A stretch of DNA of 64,000 nt. Source: Chiloscyllium plagiosum (lineage: Eukaryota). The position numbers and the translations under genes were made by a program. Shown here in pieces: positions 1 to 12,859 of the stretch (positions are counted from its first letter, which is position 1; every line of letters starts with the position of its first letter). The notes below the pieces were generated by a model. That model was given only the letters and a program-made list of their open reading frames with translations. It did not search any database and was not told the origin of the DNA. Location: assembly GCF_004010195.1 (NCBI RefSeq), contig NC_057720.1, forward strand, positions 29,309,949 to 29,373,948. The letters are read 5' to 3'.

Positions 1-420
1 GAGGGAAGGTCTTACGAGGAAAGGCTGAGGGACTTGGGGCTGTTTTCGTTAGAGAGAAGAAGGTTGAGAGGTGACTTAATAGAGACATATAAGATAATCA
101 GAGGGTTAGATAGGGTGGACAGAGAGAGCCTTTTTCAAAGTATGGTGATGGTGAGCACAAGGGGGCATAGCTTTAAATTGAGGGGTGATAGATATAGGAC
201 AGATTTCAAAGGTAGTTTCTTTACTCGGAGAGTAGTAAGAGTATGGAATGCTTCACCTGCAACAGTAGTGTATTTGCCAACTTTAAGTACATTTAAGTTG
301 TCATTGGACAAGCATATGGATGTACATGGAATAGTGTAGGTGGGATGGGCTTCAGATAGATATGACAGGTCGGCGCAACATCGAGGGCCGAAGGGCCTGT
401 ACTGCGCTGTAATGTTCTAT
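1..420 (+). mobile_element. CR1 LINE 3' end (ORF2 C-terminus + 3' UTR), truncated by window start
   Basis: ORF 34-339 LFSLERRRLRGDLIETYKI...RGHSFKL...FFTRRVVRVWN is the typical CR1 ORF2 C-terminus; ends GGGCCGAAGGGCCTGTACTGCGCTGTAATGTTCTAT; closely similar copy at 50195-50705. Confidence 0.92.
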
Positions 421-845
421 GAAAAACACCTGATATTTCGCCTGGGAAGCTTACAGGCCAATGGACTGAATACTGACTTAACCGGCTTCAAAATCTCTCC
501 ACCCCCATCCTTATAACATATCCAGCCCCTCCCCACCCCACCTCCCTGACCTGTTCTAACGTGTCCATCTGCCTACTCACCTATCTGCTCCATCCTTCCC
601 ACTGACTAATCATAATAACCCCCACTTGCACCCACCTATCACCATTCCACCTACCGTCCCCCCAGACCCACCCCACCTCCCTCTATATACTTCCTGTGTC
701 TCTCTCCCTCCCCACTCCTGACAAAGGGTTTTGGCCAGAAACATTGACTTTCCTGCTCACTGGATGCTGTCTGACGTACTGTGTGTTTACAGTTTCATAT
801 CTATTGACTCTGATTTCCAGTATCTGCAGTCCTTACTGTCTCCTA
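421..845 (+). mobile_element. Penelope-like element 3' fragment (endonuclease C-terminus + pLTR with degenerate hammerhead)
   Basis: 421 onward reads EKHLIFRLGSLQANGLNTD, then a C-rich tract, then CTGACAAAGGGTTTTGGCCAGAAACATTGAC and the family-A pLTR tail. Confidence 0.75.
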
Positions 846-1149
846 TTCATTCCTATTCTTTGTTTCTTCTGTCAACCAGTTCTCTATCCATTGATAGAAT
901 ATTATCCCTTATTCCTTGGTCTAGCTTTCATGTGACTTCATGCTCACGTGATTGCCTCTTCTCATTGGAAATGACCTGCAAGCCACTCAGTTCCAGAGTA
1001 ATTCAGAATGAGTGACAATATTGTCCTTTCCAGTGACACCATGGAACCAATATAATTTGGTGTATACACAACATTGCTATCATATTTCTATTCAAACCTG
1101 ATTTATCTCATCCCCTGAAAAAAAATTAAAGAAAAATGACTTGCCTTAT

Positions 1150-1465
1150 TTTTTATTTTCTGAATTCAGAGGCTGTTAATATAATTGGTACAGGCAAGCC
1201 ACTCCCTGATTATGCTTGAGATATGGCTGAGTGAATTGTCAGCCGTTTCAAGGGGATTTAGGAGAAGAAGGGTAGGCATCCTTCTCAAAAAGGACATTAA
1301 ACTGGATAGACTTGTATCTTCATGGTCACTGTTGTTAATGCTAGCATTTTATATCAGATTAATCAGTTAAATTTATATTTCCCAACTGCTGTGATGTGAT
1401 TTAATCTCATGTCTCCAGCTCGTTAGTTCTGCATTATTTGGCTGTGTTACTGGATTTTGTACTAC
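1150..1465 (-). mobile_element. Old fragment of the tRNA-headed SINE / CR1-group LINE 5' region
   Basis: Degenerate similarity to 22730-23110 and 49690-49900. Confidence 0.4.
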
Positions 1466-2238
1466 TGGCTCTCTATGTCTTCCAGTGACTGATCAGAATT
1501 GCATTGAAAGAGATAAGGAAACGAGCTTGCTGACTGCGCATTTGCTTAAAGCCTGGATACCCTGCAGTGAAATGTGGGGGTGTAGTGAAATAAAGTGAAC
1601 GTAAGGAAACAGGGCCAGTTAGGCACATCAATCTCATTAGATTGCATGATTTTGAAATGTTATCACACATTAAACTGCCTCAGGTCAGGTCAAAGTAAAT
1701 GTGTTTAATAACCCAAAGTTTCAGCTTTGATTGTAATCTGCTTTATTTCAAGAAAGTGAGATTACTTGTTTAATAGTGTCCTTTAATAATAAAAAAAGTA
1801 CCTTGCACTTTAATAGATATACAAGTACAGCTTTTCCTCAAATTGCATTGGTTTTATAGTTTGTTATTATTCAAGATGTGGATAACCTGTAGCCTTGACT
1901 TATTCAGGTTTATTAATCCAGAGGAAGAAGCTCTTCAAGGATGCATATATACCTGCACAAAACTAAAATATTGCTGCTCTGAATTTGTGTTTATATATTG
2001 TGATTGGATTCTGACATGCATGGGAATCCATTGTGTTTGGGTTTGCAAACTAAAGTTTTATGAAATGTTGTTGACAGACATAATTTGCCTAATAGATATA
2101 GGAACATATGTCCAGAAAAAGTTAGGCTAGCAAAGATCAAGGTTTAGGAAATCCAGGAAACATAGGGATGTTTCTGGAGATTAACCAACCAGGTTACAAG
2201 CACTGAGACTTGAACTTTCCACTTATTTTCCTGTTCAG

Positions 2239-2303
2239 ATCAGTAGCTGCAAGATTGATGCAGAATTAACTGAAATTACTGGGAAAAATCCCCAAACGCA
2301 ATG
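2239..2303 (+). other. Candidate 65-bp spliced exon (host gene unidentified)
   Basis: Acceptor TTATTTTCCTGTTCAG, donor ATG|GTGAGT, in non-repetitive sequence; one frame open (ISSCKIDAELTEITGKNPQTQ), not recognised. Confidence 0.25.
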
Positions 2304-3048
2304 GTGAGTCTACTGTTAAGAATCCTTTAGTGAACTGGGTCAGTTGATTAATCAAGTGCCAGCTGAAATACTATGCATCTGCTTGTTTTGAAATCTCATT
2401 ACACAGACAAGAGAATCAAATCGGTTCAAATGTCCCATTACAAACCTTGTTTGGGAATCAATTTGATCCGAAAGGAAACATGCTTTTCCTACCCCCTCCC
2501 ACGGTCTGCCCCAACAAAACTGAGGAAGGTTCACTAAGCAGACAACAAAAATCTTTTAAAGTCATCATAAAATGTGAGTGAGATTGTGTTACTACATTGC
2601 AGAGACACAACATTGACAGGCTTCTGACCTTAGATTTGTAAAGATTTAGCAGCACTTCTTTGTATATCTGCGATCAATTCTGGGTGGTCATGGAACCACA
2701 AATACACAAATTTTATTAATTAATGTGGCAAAACCTTCTAGTAGCTGGAATCCCAAAGCAGGTGTGCTAGTCTTGGGATAAAAATGTTATTTTGAAGCAA
2801 TAATTCCTTCAGGTTTTTCTCAGTTTGTTTCAGGTTTAGCATTTGGCTTCCACTCAATGATCATGTGATCATTTTACATGGGAGGTAAACAATTTAAAAA
2901 AAGTGAAGAGTAAACAAAATAATAATAGATAAATATATTGTGTGTGTGTATCTGGTCTCAAGTAAGGGTTTTAATGTGAGAAAAATTTGATTGCAAATCA
3001 AGAAACACCTCTTTCCAGCAGAGATCTTTGTAATCCAGTGTGGTCAAG

Positions 3049-3146
3049 GACTCCTGATGAAAGGCTTATGCATGAAGCGTCGATTCTCCTGCTCCTCAGA
3101 TGCTGCCTAACCTGCTGTGCTTTTCCAGCAACACACTCTCGACACA
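3049..3146 (+). mobile_element. Mini PLE pLTR insertion (family A) starting at the hammerhead motif
   Basis: GACTCCTGATGAAAGGCTTATGCATGAAGCGTCGATTC...; 17-bp TSD AATCCAGTGTGG(T/C)CAAG at 3032-3048 and 3147-3163. Confidence 0.85.
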
Positions 3147-3974
3147 AATCCAGTGTGGCCAAGAGTTTACACTTCTTGCTAACTAAAGGACTCCTAACAG
3201 TCTTAAAAGTGGACTTCTGGGATAATCAAGCTGAGAAAGGATAGAGACATTGGATACAAGACATTTAAAGAACATTCAAACCCAGAGAATTCTGACCTGA
3301 GGTGGCAATGGTTGAGAAGCTAGAGCACCTATGTTCAAGTGGGAGCCTACAATTGTGGATGGTTAGAGGAAACGTGGAGGGGAAAATCACGCCACAATTA
3401 GACGGAAGGCCTGAGCAATCTCAACTTTTAAATGAATCATATAAATAGATTAGAAAAGTAGAATACCTTGTAAAAGACCTGGAACATATAAATGTTCATA
3501 TTCATAAAAAGTTAAATGCGTATGTACAAAAAATTCAGATCAGCTATAATGGTATTGAACGGTGGCACAGGCTCGATAAGTGATATGTTCTCGGCTCTCC
3601 TTACTTGTGAATGTGCTGACAATGTCTTGTGTTATAGTCTCTCCTTACTTGTCAATGTGCTGAAAGGAAACAATCTTTGAAACCATAATTTCCTCTTTTC
3701 CATGAACATATTTCATAGCTTGATCATGTACCTGAAAAACCATTTAGTCAGTTTTCATATATTTGTCTAAACAAAAGATATATAAAAGAGATCTGTAACT
3801 GTTTTCTTTCACAACCATTGCCTTTGTCCTCCTATTTACGCACACCAGTCCTTCTACAGTGCATTAGTATATAAAACAGAATGTTACTGATTTGGACATT
3901 GTAGGCAATTGGACGTTTTGCTGTAATTCTTGGAATATCTATAAAAAAAACAAGAAGGTATAACTTTTAGAATT

Positions 3975-4225
3975 AAAGGCTCGACCATTTTAAACACTCT
4001 TCCATACAAAAGGTACTGGAAGTTTGAAACACCCTTTCCAAAAAACAATGGAAACTGGGTAAGTTTAAACTTTCAACATTGAGATTGATGGATTTAGTTA
4101 GGCTTGGGTTTCAAGAGATACAGACAAAGGGTGGATGATGGAGTTAAGGTACAGATCTATTTTCATTGATAATTGGCAAGATAGGCTTGAAAGGTTGAAT
4201 GGACTCCTGTTCCTATGTTTCTATT
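3975..4225 (+). mobile_element. Old CR1 3' fragment
   Basis: Degenerate CR1 3' UTR ending GAATGGACTCCTGTTCCTATGTTTCTAT. Confidence 0.55.
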
Positions 4226-4829
4226 TTGAAAATTGAAGTTGCAGTCTAGTTCTCTGGTCTAGGTATGTGTCCTCCAAAATTGTACCAGATGACAGTCAAT
4301 GGTGTTGTGATATTACATCAGTAACAGTATTATAGGTCCATAGGCTATTATTGCAATTCCATAAGGAAGTTGAACAAAGATTATGATAATAATTAGATAA
4401 AGCTTGCTGAATCAACAACTATTACCTGTGACCATTTCAGAATACAGAACTGCATTGATACAGAGTATTCTGGACAGTGGAATTGCAATTCCTTTCTTTA
4501 TTTGCACTAACTTATAATACTTCATCATGGCGTAGCTTGCCGTCGATAAAGTAAAGCTAAAGTCAAACTGGCTGGAATAATTTTTGCTTTGAGTAAGACC
4601 CTTTTAATTTTCAAAAGAAGTTAATATTCAGTATAGAGTTATGTGAACTTATGGTCAGTCAGAAAGTAGTGACAGTTCAAAAGCGATAATGGAAAAGAAT
4701 TACATTGGTCCCAAAGATGTTTTCATGCTGCAGATATTTTAAAAAAAGATCTAAAAATCTCTTCTACCTCCTCCCAATTTTTGTTTTTTGCATGTTACTT
4801 TTTTGAAATACTGCTTTGACACATAGACT

Positions 4830-5945
4830 TTTCATCATTTATCTAAATGACTTGGATGTGAACATAGGAGCTATAGTTAGTAAGTTTACAGCTGACACCA
4901 AAATAGGAGGTGTAGCAGACAGTCAAGAAGATTACCTCAGAATACGATGAGATCTTCTTCAGATGGACCAATAGCTGAGGAATGGCAAATGGAGTTTAAT
5001 TTCGATAAATGTGAGGTGCTGCATTTTGGAAAGGCAAACCAGGGCAGGACTTCTACACTTAATGGTAAGATCCTGGGGAGTGTTGCTAAAACAAAGAGAT
5101 CTTGGAGTGCAGATTCATATTTCCTTGAAAGTGGAGTTGTAGGTAGATAGGATAGTAAAGAAGGCATTTGGTATGCTTTCCTTTATTGGTCAGAGCACTG
5201 AGTATAGGAGTTGGGAGGTCATGTTGCAGCTATACAGGGCATTGGTTCGGCCACTTTTGGAACATTGTGTGCAATTCTGTTCTTCCATCAATTGGAAGGA
5301 TGTCATGAAACTTGAAAGGACTCAGAAAAGATTTACAAGCACGTTACTAGGGTTGGAGAAATTCAGCTGTAGGGAGAGGCTGAATAGGCTGGGGCTGTTT
5401 TCTCTGGAGCATTGGAGGCTGAAGGGTGACCTTACAGGGGTTTATAAAATCATGAGGGACATGGACAGGATAAATAGACAAAGTCTTTTCCCTGAGTCCA
5501 AAGTTAGAGGGTATATGTTTAGGGTGAGAGGGGGAAAATTTAAAAGGGACGTAAGGGGCAACTTTTTCACACACAGAGTGGTGCGTATATGGAATGAGCT
5601 GCCAGAGGAAGTGGTGAAGGCTGATACAATGACAACATTTAAAAGGCATCTGAATGGGTAAATGAATAGGAAGGGTTTAGCGGGATGTTGGTAAAGGGGA
5701 CAAATTAATTTAGGATATCTGATTGGCATTTTTCACACACAGGGTAGTGCGTATATGGAATGAGCTGCCAGAGGAAGTGGTGAAGGCTGATACAATTACA
5801 ACATTTAAAAGGCATCTGAATGGGTAAATGAATAGGAAGGGTTTAGCGGGATGTTGGTAAAGGGGACAAATTAATTTAGGATATCTGATTGGCATGGATG
5901 ATTTGGACTGAAAGGTCTGTTTCCGTGCTGTACATCTCTATGACT
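4830..5945 (+). mobile_element. CR1 LINE 3' portion (decayed RT C-terminus + 3' UTR)
   Basis: WQMEFNFDKCEVLHFG, LYRALVRPLLEHCVQF, FFTHRVVRIWNELP; tail CTGTACATCTCTATGAC. Confidence 0.92.
5563..5894 (+). repeat. 166-bp tandem duplication inside CR1 3' region
   Basis: TTTTTCACACACAG...GATTGGCA repeated at 5563-5728 and 5729-5894 with a few substitutions. Confidence 0.95.
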
Positions 5946-6319
5946 TCTACAGTAAGCTGTTGGAATGTGAACGGCAATAACCCAGGCTGATTCCACATAT
6001 TAATTATTTTTAAGTTTTATTTTTTCTTTGTATGACAGCTGAGATTGTGAACCTGTTCACAATGATTCATAGGAAATAAATTGCTTATGGAATTCCATAC
6101 TCACAGGAAGTTTTTTCTGCTGCTTGGTTAGCAGGCCTGGCTGAGACTGCCAAGATTGCACAAATGAACTTTCAGCAGATATAATTGAACAGCATTTGGG
6201 AGTAATGACCTGTAATCCTGCCTCCTTTCAAGTCAAGCAAGGTACACAAAATCCGCATGTCTCATTTGCTTTTCTGATTGGTAACTTTTCATAGTGTAAT
6301 TTTTAACAATCTTATCAGA

Positions 6320-7100
6320 AAGGTAACATTAAGCCAGTCTTTTATATAGTCCATTATAAAGGATGTAATAGCAGAGCATTGAGAAAAGCATCATATAATC
6401 AACAGAATCAGCATGGCTTTATGAATGATATTTATGGCTGATAGAGGCATTACATTTCTTTTAAGGAGGTAACAAGCAATACAGATAAATGGGAACTATA
6501 AGCTAATGCTTTCTTTTCAAAGGGAATGGAATATAAAAATAGGGAGTTCCTGCCAAACCTTCTAAAGCACTAGTTCCACTACACCTGGAATACTGTGGAC
6601 AGTTTTGGTCTCCTTAACTAAAGAAAGATATACTGGCATTGGAGACAGCAGAGAAGGTTCACTAGCTTGATACTGAGTATAAAGAGATTTTCTTATGTGG
6701 AGATTTTCTTATGTGGTAGGCTGAGCTTGCACTCATTGGAGTTTCAAAGATGAGAGAAGACCTTATTGAAAACAAACTATTCTTAGAGGACTTGATAGAG
6801 TCAATAGATAAGTTGATTCTTCTTGTGGGAAAGTCTAAGACTAGAGACATAATCTCAGAGGAAGGAATCACCCATTTAAGACAGAGAGGAAGACAATGTA
6901 TTTGTGGAATTCTTTACCACAGGGGACTGTTGAGATTGGGTTGCTAAGTATATGCAAGGCTAAGATAGATTTTTTTTCTGAAAATAATCTGTATGGAAAT
7001 GAAGGCTTATGAGTGATAAAGGAGGATAATGGTATTGAGGATTCAGATCAGCAGTGATCTCATTGCATGATGGAGCAGACTCACTGGGCAGAGTGGACAT
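6320..7100 (+). mobile_element. Older CR1 fragment with internal deletions
   Basis: Degenerate SQHGF-like (AATCAGCATGGCTTT) and HLEYCGQFWSP (CACCTGGAATACTGTGGACAGTTTTGGTCTCCT) segments plus CR1 3' UTR. Confidence 0.7.
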
Positions 7101-9289
7101 ACAGACTGTCAGACTTTTTTCAGGGGAAATGATCTCCAATTTCTGCAGTGTCTCACAAATAAACTTCTTATTTCCTCTGAAATACAGGGTGGTTTAAAAA
7201 AACTTAGTAAATGTGTGTTTGGAAATTATGATGTTACTCTGAATGGAAATTATCAATAGGAAATATAGTTATTTCCTCTGGTGCCAAGGAGTTATCAATT
7301 GTTCTTTAGTTGTTGGAGCCTGAAGTGGTTTGCTACAGGGGATAATTGAGGTGGGGATTATTATATCTATTAATTATAAAGTAGATAAATATTTGAAGCA
7401 GTTGAGCTTGCAACAAAGTACTGAGCTTAGCTTTGGAGTTCTTTAGCAAAAAGGCCAGTAACATTTGTAAGTGGCCTCTAAGGTTTTTCTCATCAGCTAT
7501 TTCTATGTTAGTGCTGCACCTAGTTTAGCAGACTGCTTGGAAATATCCATAGGACATAAATTCTGATTGACTGTTTAATTAAAATAACATTTACAGAATC
7601 CCATAATTGGTTTAGTACAGGAAGAGGCCGTTTGGCCCATTCTGCATAAACTACACTCCAAACGAGCAATTCACTCAGGGACATTCCCAGATTTCTCCCT
7701 GTAGCCTTGCACTTTTCTCCTTTTCAGATAACCATAATTCCCTGCCGTATGCTTCAAATGAATCCATTGAAATCTAGACCTTAATCCCACACTATGTGAA
7801 GATGGTTTTCCTCATGTCACTTCTGCAGGTGAGAAAGCAGGTTCTCTGGCAAACAAGGACAATTTTCAGATACTACAACCTACTACAATGATATCACAGG
7901 AACTAGGACTAAACAGAAGGTCAGTGCACAGTCTATGGTTGTGATGGCAGAAAACACATTTTTACTTTCAATCTGTGCTCTCTCCTTTTTGCTTCCTTTC
8001 ACAAATAAGAACGGTTTGTCTTTATCTAATCTGTGTAGACCTCTCTCAGGATTTTAAAACCTCTAATAAGTCTTTTTTCCAACGCTAACAGTCCTAACTT
8101 TTCCAATCCATCTTCATTACTGAAGTTCCTCATCCCTGGAAGCATCTTTACGATCACAGCCAGTGGGTTCCTGGACAAGTCAGAACCCAAAATCTGATGG
8201 GGTTTTTTAAGTTAACTGAAACATATTCACGTGAGGCTGTAGATTTTCTTGAACAATAGTTAAACAATAAAACAAGCTACTTAAACGTAGAAAACAGTTA
8301 GATCTAAAGAATACACCAAAACAAACTTCCAACCCATTCAACTGACACTGCATTTTGAGACTCAAGTCCAGAGAAACTAAAACCTTATCTCAACTATTTA
8401 AGATTCTATTTAACTGACTCAGGACAGTTTTTTTCTACTGAATGGGGTCAATTCAATAAGTTGTTGCTAAATCTGCCAATATGACCTTCTCCACGAATGT
8501 GGGAGTCTAAATTTCTCAGTTCTAAAATCCTATCAATTTCTAAACAGTCTCCTGGCTAGGAAGTTTCACAAACTAAGTCCTTCTGTCTTACACAAGTTCA
8601 GCACGATCACTTTTGTCCTCTATGCCTATCATAATGATAAGACCAAAAACTATACACTTTATAAACTGCTCCCACAACCTGTCCTGTCACCTTCAAACAT
8701 CTTTTACAAGTGTACACAGCTTAAGCATCCCTTTAGATGCATCTCTTTAGAATTGCATTCTTTAGTTTATATTGTCTCTCTATGCTCTTTATATTAAAAT
8801 CATAAAATGATTCATAATATTTCTTTACTGAAGTTCAATCAAGTAAAATTATGAGCTGAATTTCTGCTTGTCTGTCCACCATATCTGGCAATCCTCAAAA
8901 TACTGCTAGAATAATGATTTTGGTTATTCCAGCATCTCTGCAGCCATTCTATCAAAGTTATAACAGATAAAACAAAGATGCCTCCCTGAAATTTACCCCA
9001 TTTCTGAATTAAAGTCCACTAAAACAGCATTCAGATTTCCAAGAAGTATTTGACAAACTTTTGCCCAAAATACTCCATTGTACATTTAAGATTTAACATT
9101 GGGATTGATTAGGAAATTGGTTAAAGGTTAGAAAACAGCCAGGTACTTGTAGACAATCCTGTTTACTGGAGGGGTAGTACTGAGTAGAGTGCCTGAAGGG
9201 ATACATAATTTAATTGACATAAATGACTGTTTCAAAAACCCAATTTGCAGATGGCCCTAAACTAGAACAGTCAGTTGACTTCAACTAAT

Positions 9290-9650
9290 TAAGTTCATTA
9301 AATATGAGTCACTATTAAACTACCAGATCATCATAAAAGCCCTTCTGCTTCAGTAATGTCTTTTAATAAAAAATGATATCTACCGCTCCTACTGTCTGGT
9401 CAACATGTGATTCCAGATCTATAGCAATATAATTGATTCTTAACTGCTCTCTGCAAAGCCACTTACTTGGATCAAACTATTATGAAACTGTCAAATGTGA
9501 ATAAAACTATACAGGCTCATCAGTATTAAACCAGGTACTCATGTTCATTTAACCCAGCAAAGCCTTTTGGATTAATGCCTAGAGATTTGGGACTAAATTG
9601 AAAGAGCTAACCCATGGATAAGTCAAACAACAATCTAACATAGTCATAAA
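9290..9650 (+). mobile_element. CR1-group LINE 5' UTR and start of APE endonuclease
   Basis: Body CTGGTCAACATGTGATTCCAG...TGATTCTTAACTG followed by KLKELTHG*VKQQSNIVI; matches the minus-strand copy at about 49450-49900. Confidence 0.6.
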
Positions 9651-9660
9651 TTAAGACAGG

Positions 9661-10494
9661 AGAAAGTGAGGACTGCAGATGCTGGAGATCAGAGCTGAAA
9701 ATGTGTTGCTGGAAAAACGCAGCAGGTCAGGCACCATCCAAGGAGCAGGAGAATCGACATTTCGGGCATGAGCCCTTCTTCAGGAATGAGGAGAGTGTGC
9801 CAAGCAGGCTAAGATAAAAGGTAGGGAGGAGGGACTTGGGGGAGGGGCGTTGGAAATGTGATAGGTGGAAGGAGGTTAAGGTGAGGGTGTTAAGGTGAGG
9901 GTGATAGGCCGGAGTGGGGGTGGGGTGGGGGCGGAGAGGTCAGGAAGAAGATTGCAGATTAGGAAAGTGGCCTCTGGGACACCCAGACCAACCAACCCAA
10001 CCACCCCGTGGCTCAACACTTCAACTCCCCCTCCCACTGCACCAAGGACATGCAGGTCCTTGGACTCTTCCATCGCCAGACCATAGCAACATGACAGCTG
10101 GAGGAAGAGTGCCTCATCTTCCGCCTAGGAACCCTCCAACCACAAGGGATGAACTCAGATTTCTCCAGTTTCCTCATTTCCCCTATCCCCACCTTGTCTC
10201 AGTCCCACCCTTCGAACTCAGCACCACCTTCCTAACCTGCAATCTTCTTCCTGACCTCTCCGCCCCCACCCCCACTCCGGCCTATCACCCTCACCTTATC
10301 ACCCTCACCTTAACCTCCTTCCACCTATCGCATTTTCAATGCCCCTCCCCCAAGTCCCTCCTCCTTACCTTTTATCTTAGCCTGCTTGGCACATTCTCCT
10401 CATTTCCGAAGAAGGGCTCATGCCCGAAACGTCGATTCTCCTGCTCCTTGGATGCTGCCTGACCTGCTGCGTTTTTCCAGCAACACATTTTCAG
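9661..10494 (+). mobile_element. Penelope-like element (family A, Neptune-like) with inverted pLTRs
   Basis: About 275-bp inverted arms (9694-9970 vs 10223-10495) around an endonuclease C-terminus (HPVAQHFNSPSH...EEECLIFRLGTLQPQGMN); 16-bp TSD CATAA(A/T)TTAAGACAGG at 9645-9660 and 10495-10510. Confidence 0.92.
9752..9787 (-). ncRNA. Minimal hammerhead ribozyme motif (PLE family A)
   Basis: Minus strand AUUC-CUGAAGA-A-GGGC-UCAU-GCCC-GAAA-UG-UC-GAUU; helix III CpG decayed. Confidence 0.7.
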
Positions 10495-10514
10495 CATAAT
10501 TTAAGACAGGCCAA

Positions 10515-12455
10515 CAAGAGTTGAGGCCACATTAGATGTGTAATGAACCCTGCCAGGTATTAGATTTGGAGGTAGGTGAGCACTTTGGTGATAGCGACCA
10601 CAATTCGGTTATGTTTACTTTAGTGATGGAAAGGGATAGGTGTATACTGCAGGGCAAGAGTTATAGCTGAGGGAAAGGCAAAAACAATGCAATTAGGCAA
10701 GATTTAGAATGCATAGAATGGGGAAGGAAACTGCAGGGGATGGGCACAATTGAAATGTGGAGCTTATTCAAGGACCAGCTACAGGAAGTCCTTGATAAGT
10801 ATGTACCAGTCAGGCAAGGAGGAAGTAGTTGAGCACGGGAGCCGTGGTTTACTAAGGAAGTTGAATCTCTTGTCAAGAGGAAGAAGAAGACTTATGTTAG
10901 GATGACAGGGTACCCTTCGTTGTTCAGTATTTCCCAGGAGCTGAAAAACTATGCCATGTTCTTTGTCACCTGCAACACATTATCAATGAGGATGAGCACC
11001 TCACCAATACCTTCCCCACACCTCCACTACTTGCCTTTAAACAGCCAAACCTCAAACAGATCGTTGTTTGTAGCAAGCTGCCCGGCTCTCAGGACAACTC
11101 CATACAACCCTGTCACGGTAGGCGCTGCAAGACGTATCAGAGTGTGGACATAGATACCACCATTATGCATGGGGACACCTCCCTCCAGCAGGTGCTCATG
11201 TGATTTAGCCAACTTTGTCTACCTTATACGTTGCAGGCAAGGATGCCCGGAGGCATGGTACATTGGGGAAACCGAGCAAAGGCTACGACAACGGATGAAT
11301 GGGCACCGCACAACTATCAACAGACAGGAGGGTTCCCTCCCAGTTGGGGAACACTTCAGTGGTCCAGGGCATTCGACCTCGGACCTTCAGGTGACCATCC
11401 TCCAAGGCTGACTTCGGGACAGGCAGCCGCGAAAAGTGGCTGAGCAGAGACTGATAGCTAAGTTCGGTACCCATAGGGAGGGCCGCAACCGGGACATACT
11501 CTCACTCACACACACACACAGGCACTCCTATACACACATACACAAGGACACACATATACACAGACGCGCACACAGACAGACACACACACCTTTACAGACA
11601 CACACACTCACACATGCCAACACCTTCAACATATTGTCTAGCTATCACTATTGTTAACAGCTAACCTGAGAATGCAACTTTTTAAAAAAAAAGTTTTGTG
11701 ATTTACACATGAAAGAAGTGAAACTATCATGGTATTCTAACAGATGAAAGGCTTAACAGACAATCAATTTTTCAATGTATAATTTCAGTTACATCACACT
11801 GTAAATTTTTGCTATAAATTATAGTGTGTTAGGATCCCTGATGAAGGAGCTCTGAAAGCTAGTGTGCTTCCAATTAAACCTGTTGGGCCATAACCTGGTG
11901 TTGTGTGATTTTTAACTATGTTAGGATGAGATGTGATGGCCCATTTAGGGCACTTGCAAGTTACAAATTAGCCAGGAAAGACCTAAAGAGAGAGCTAAGA
12001 AGAGCCAGGAGTCGACATGAGTCGTTGTTGGCGGACAGGATCACGGAAAACCCTAAGGTTTTCTATAGGTATATCAGGAATAAAAGAATGACTAGTGTAA
12101 GATTAGGGCAATCATGGATAGTAGTGGGAAGTTGTGCGTGGAGTCAGAAGCAATAGGGGAAGCGCTAATGGTAAGATTCTTGTTAGTTTAGATGAGCAGA
12201 GAGATCTCTGTGTCCAAGTACATAGATCCTTGAAAGTTGCCACCCCAGTTGACAGAGATGTTAAGAAGGCAGACGGTGTGTTAGCCTTTATTGGTAGAGG
12301 GATTGAGTTTCGGAACCATGAGGTCATGATGCACCTGTACAAAACTCTGGTGCAGCCACACTTGGAGTCTTGCATGCAGTTCTGGTCACTCAATATAGAA
12401 AGGATGTGGAAGATTTGGAAAGGGTTCCGAGGAGATTTACTAGGATATTGCCTGG
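10515..12455 (+). mobile_element. CR1 LINE ORF2 fragment interrupted by a PLE
   Basis: GEHFGDSDHN (GGTGAGCACTTTGGTGATAGCGACCACAAT), ENPKVFYRYIRNKR, LYKTLVQPHLESCMQFWS; contiguous across the 10906-11916 insertion. Confidence 0.85.
10906..11916 (+). mobile_element. Penelope-like element (family B, Neptune-like), 5'-truncated: Cys linker + GIY-YIG endonuclease + (CA)-rich tract + pLTR
   Basis: QPCHGRRCKTY linker; NFVYLIRC...AWYIGETEQRLRQRMNGH...VGEHF; pLTR CCTGATGAAGGAGCTCTGAAAGCTAGTG; perfect 13-bp TSD TATGTTAGGATGA at 10893-10905 and 11917-11929. Confidence 0.92.
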
Positions 12456-12859
12456 TGGAAGCAAAGTCCCACCTTCACGCTGAAATTACTCTCCTTCATG
12501 TTGTCTGACATTACTACTGTATTATGTTCTTATATTGGTTCTTCAGTTCTTCACTCAAACACAAGTCAGAATTCTAAACTTCTTTTGAACAGTTATTAAT
12601 ACATTGTATGTGATGAGAAGGCTACAGAGTAGCATGGTTTGAGCAGTATCACATCCAACATCTTAGCTGATGACTAACACATGACAACTGATTGCATTGT
12701 GATGTGATTGCTTATGTCAGAGACCTATCTCCGCAATTACTACTCTGCTAAATGGGATAGATAGCAGAATTATGTCCTACCATAATCTGTAACCTGGTAA
12801 CTAAGCATATCCCTCACTCCATCATTACCATCATGTCATCGGCCTAAGCTGGTTCATAG

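Noticed and set aside
9914..10462. 182-aa Pro-rich ORF
   Set aside because: Off-frame read-through of the C-rich PLE inverted repeat.
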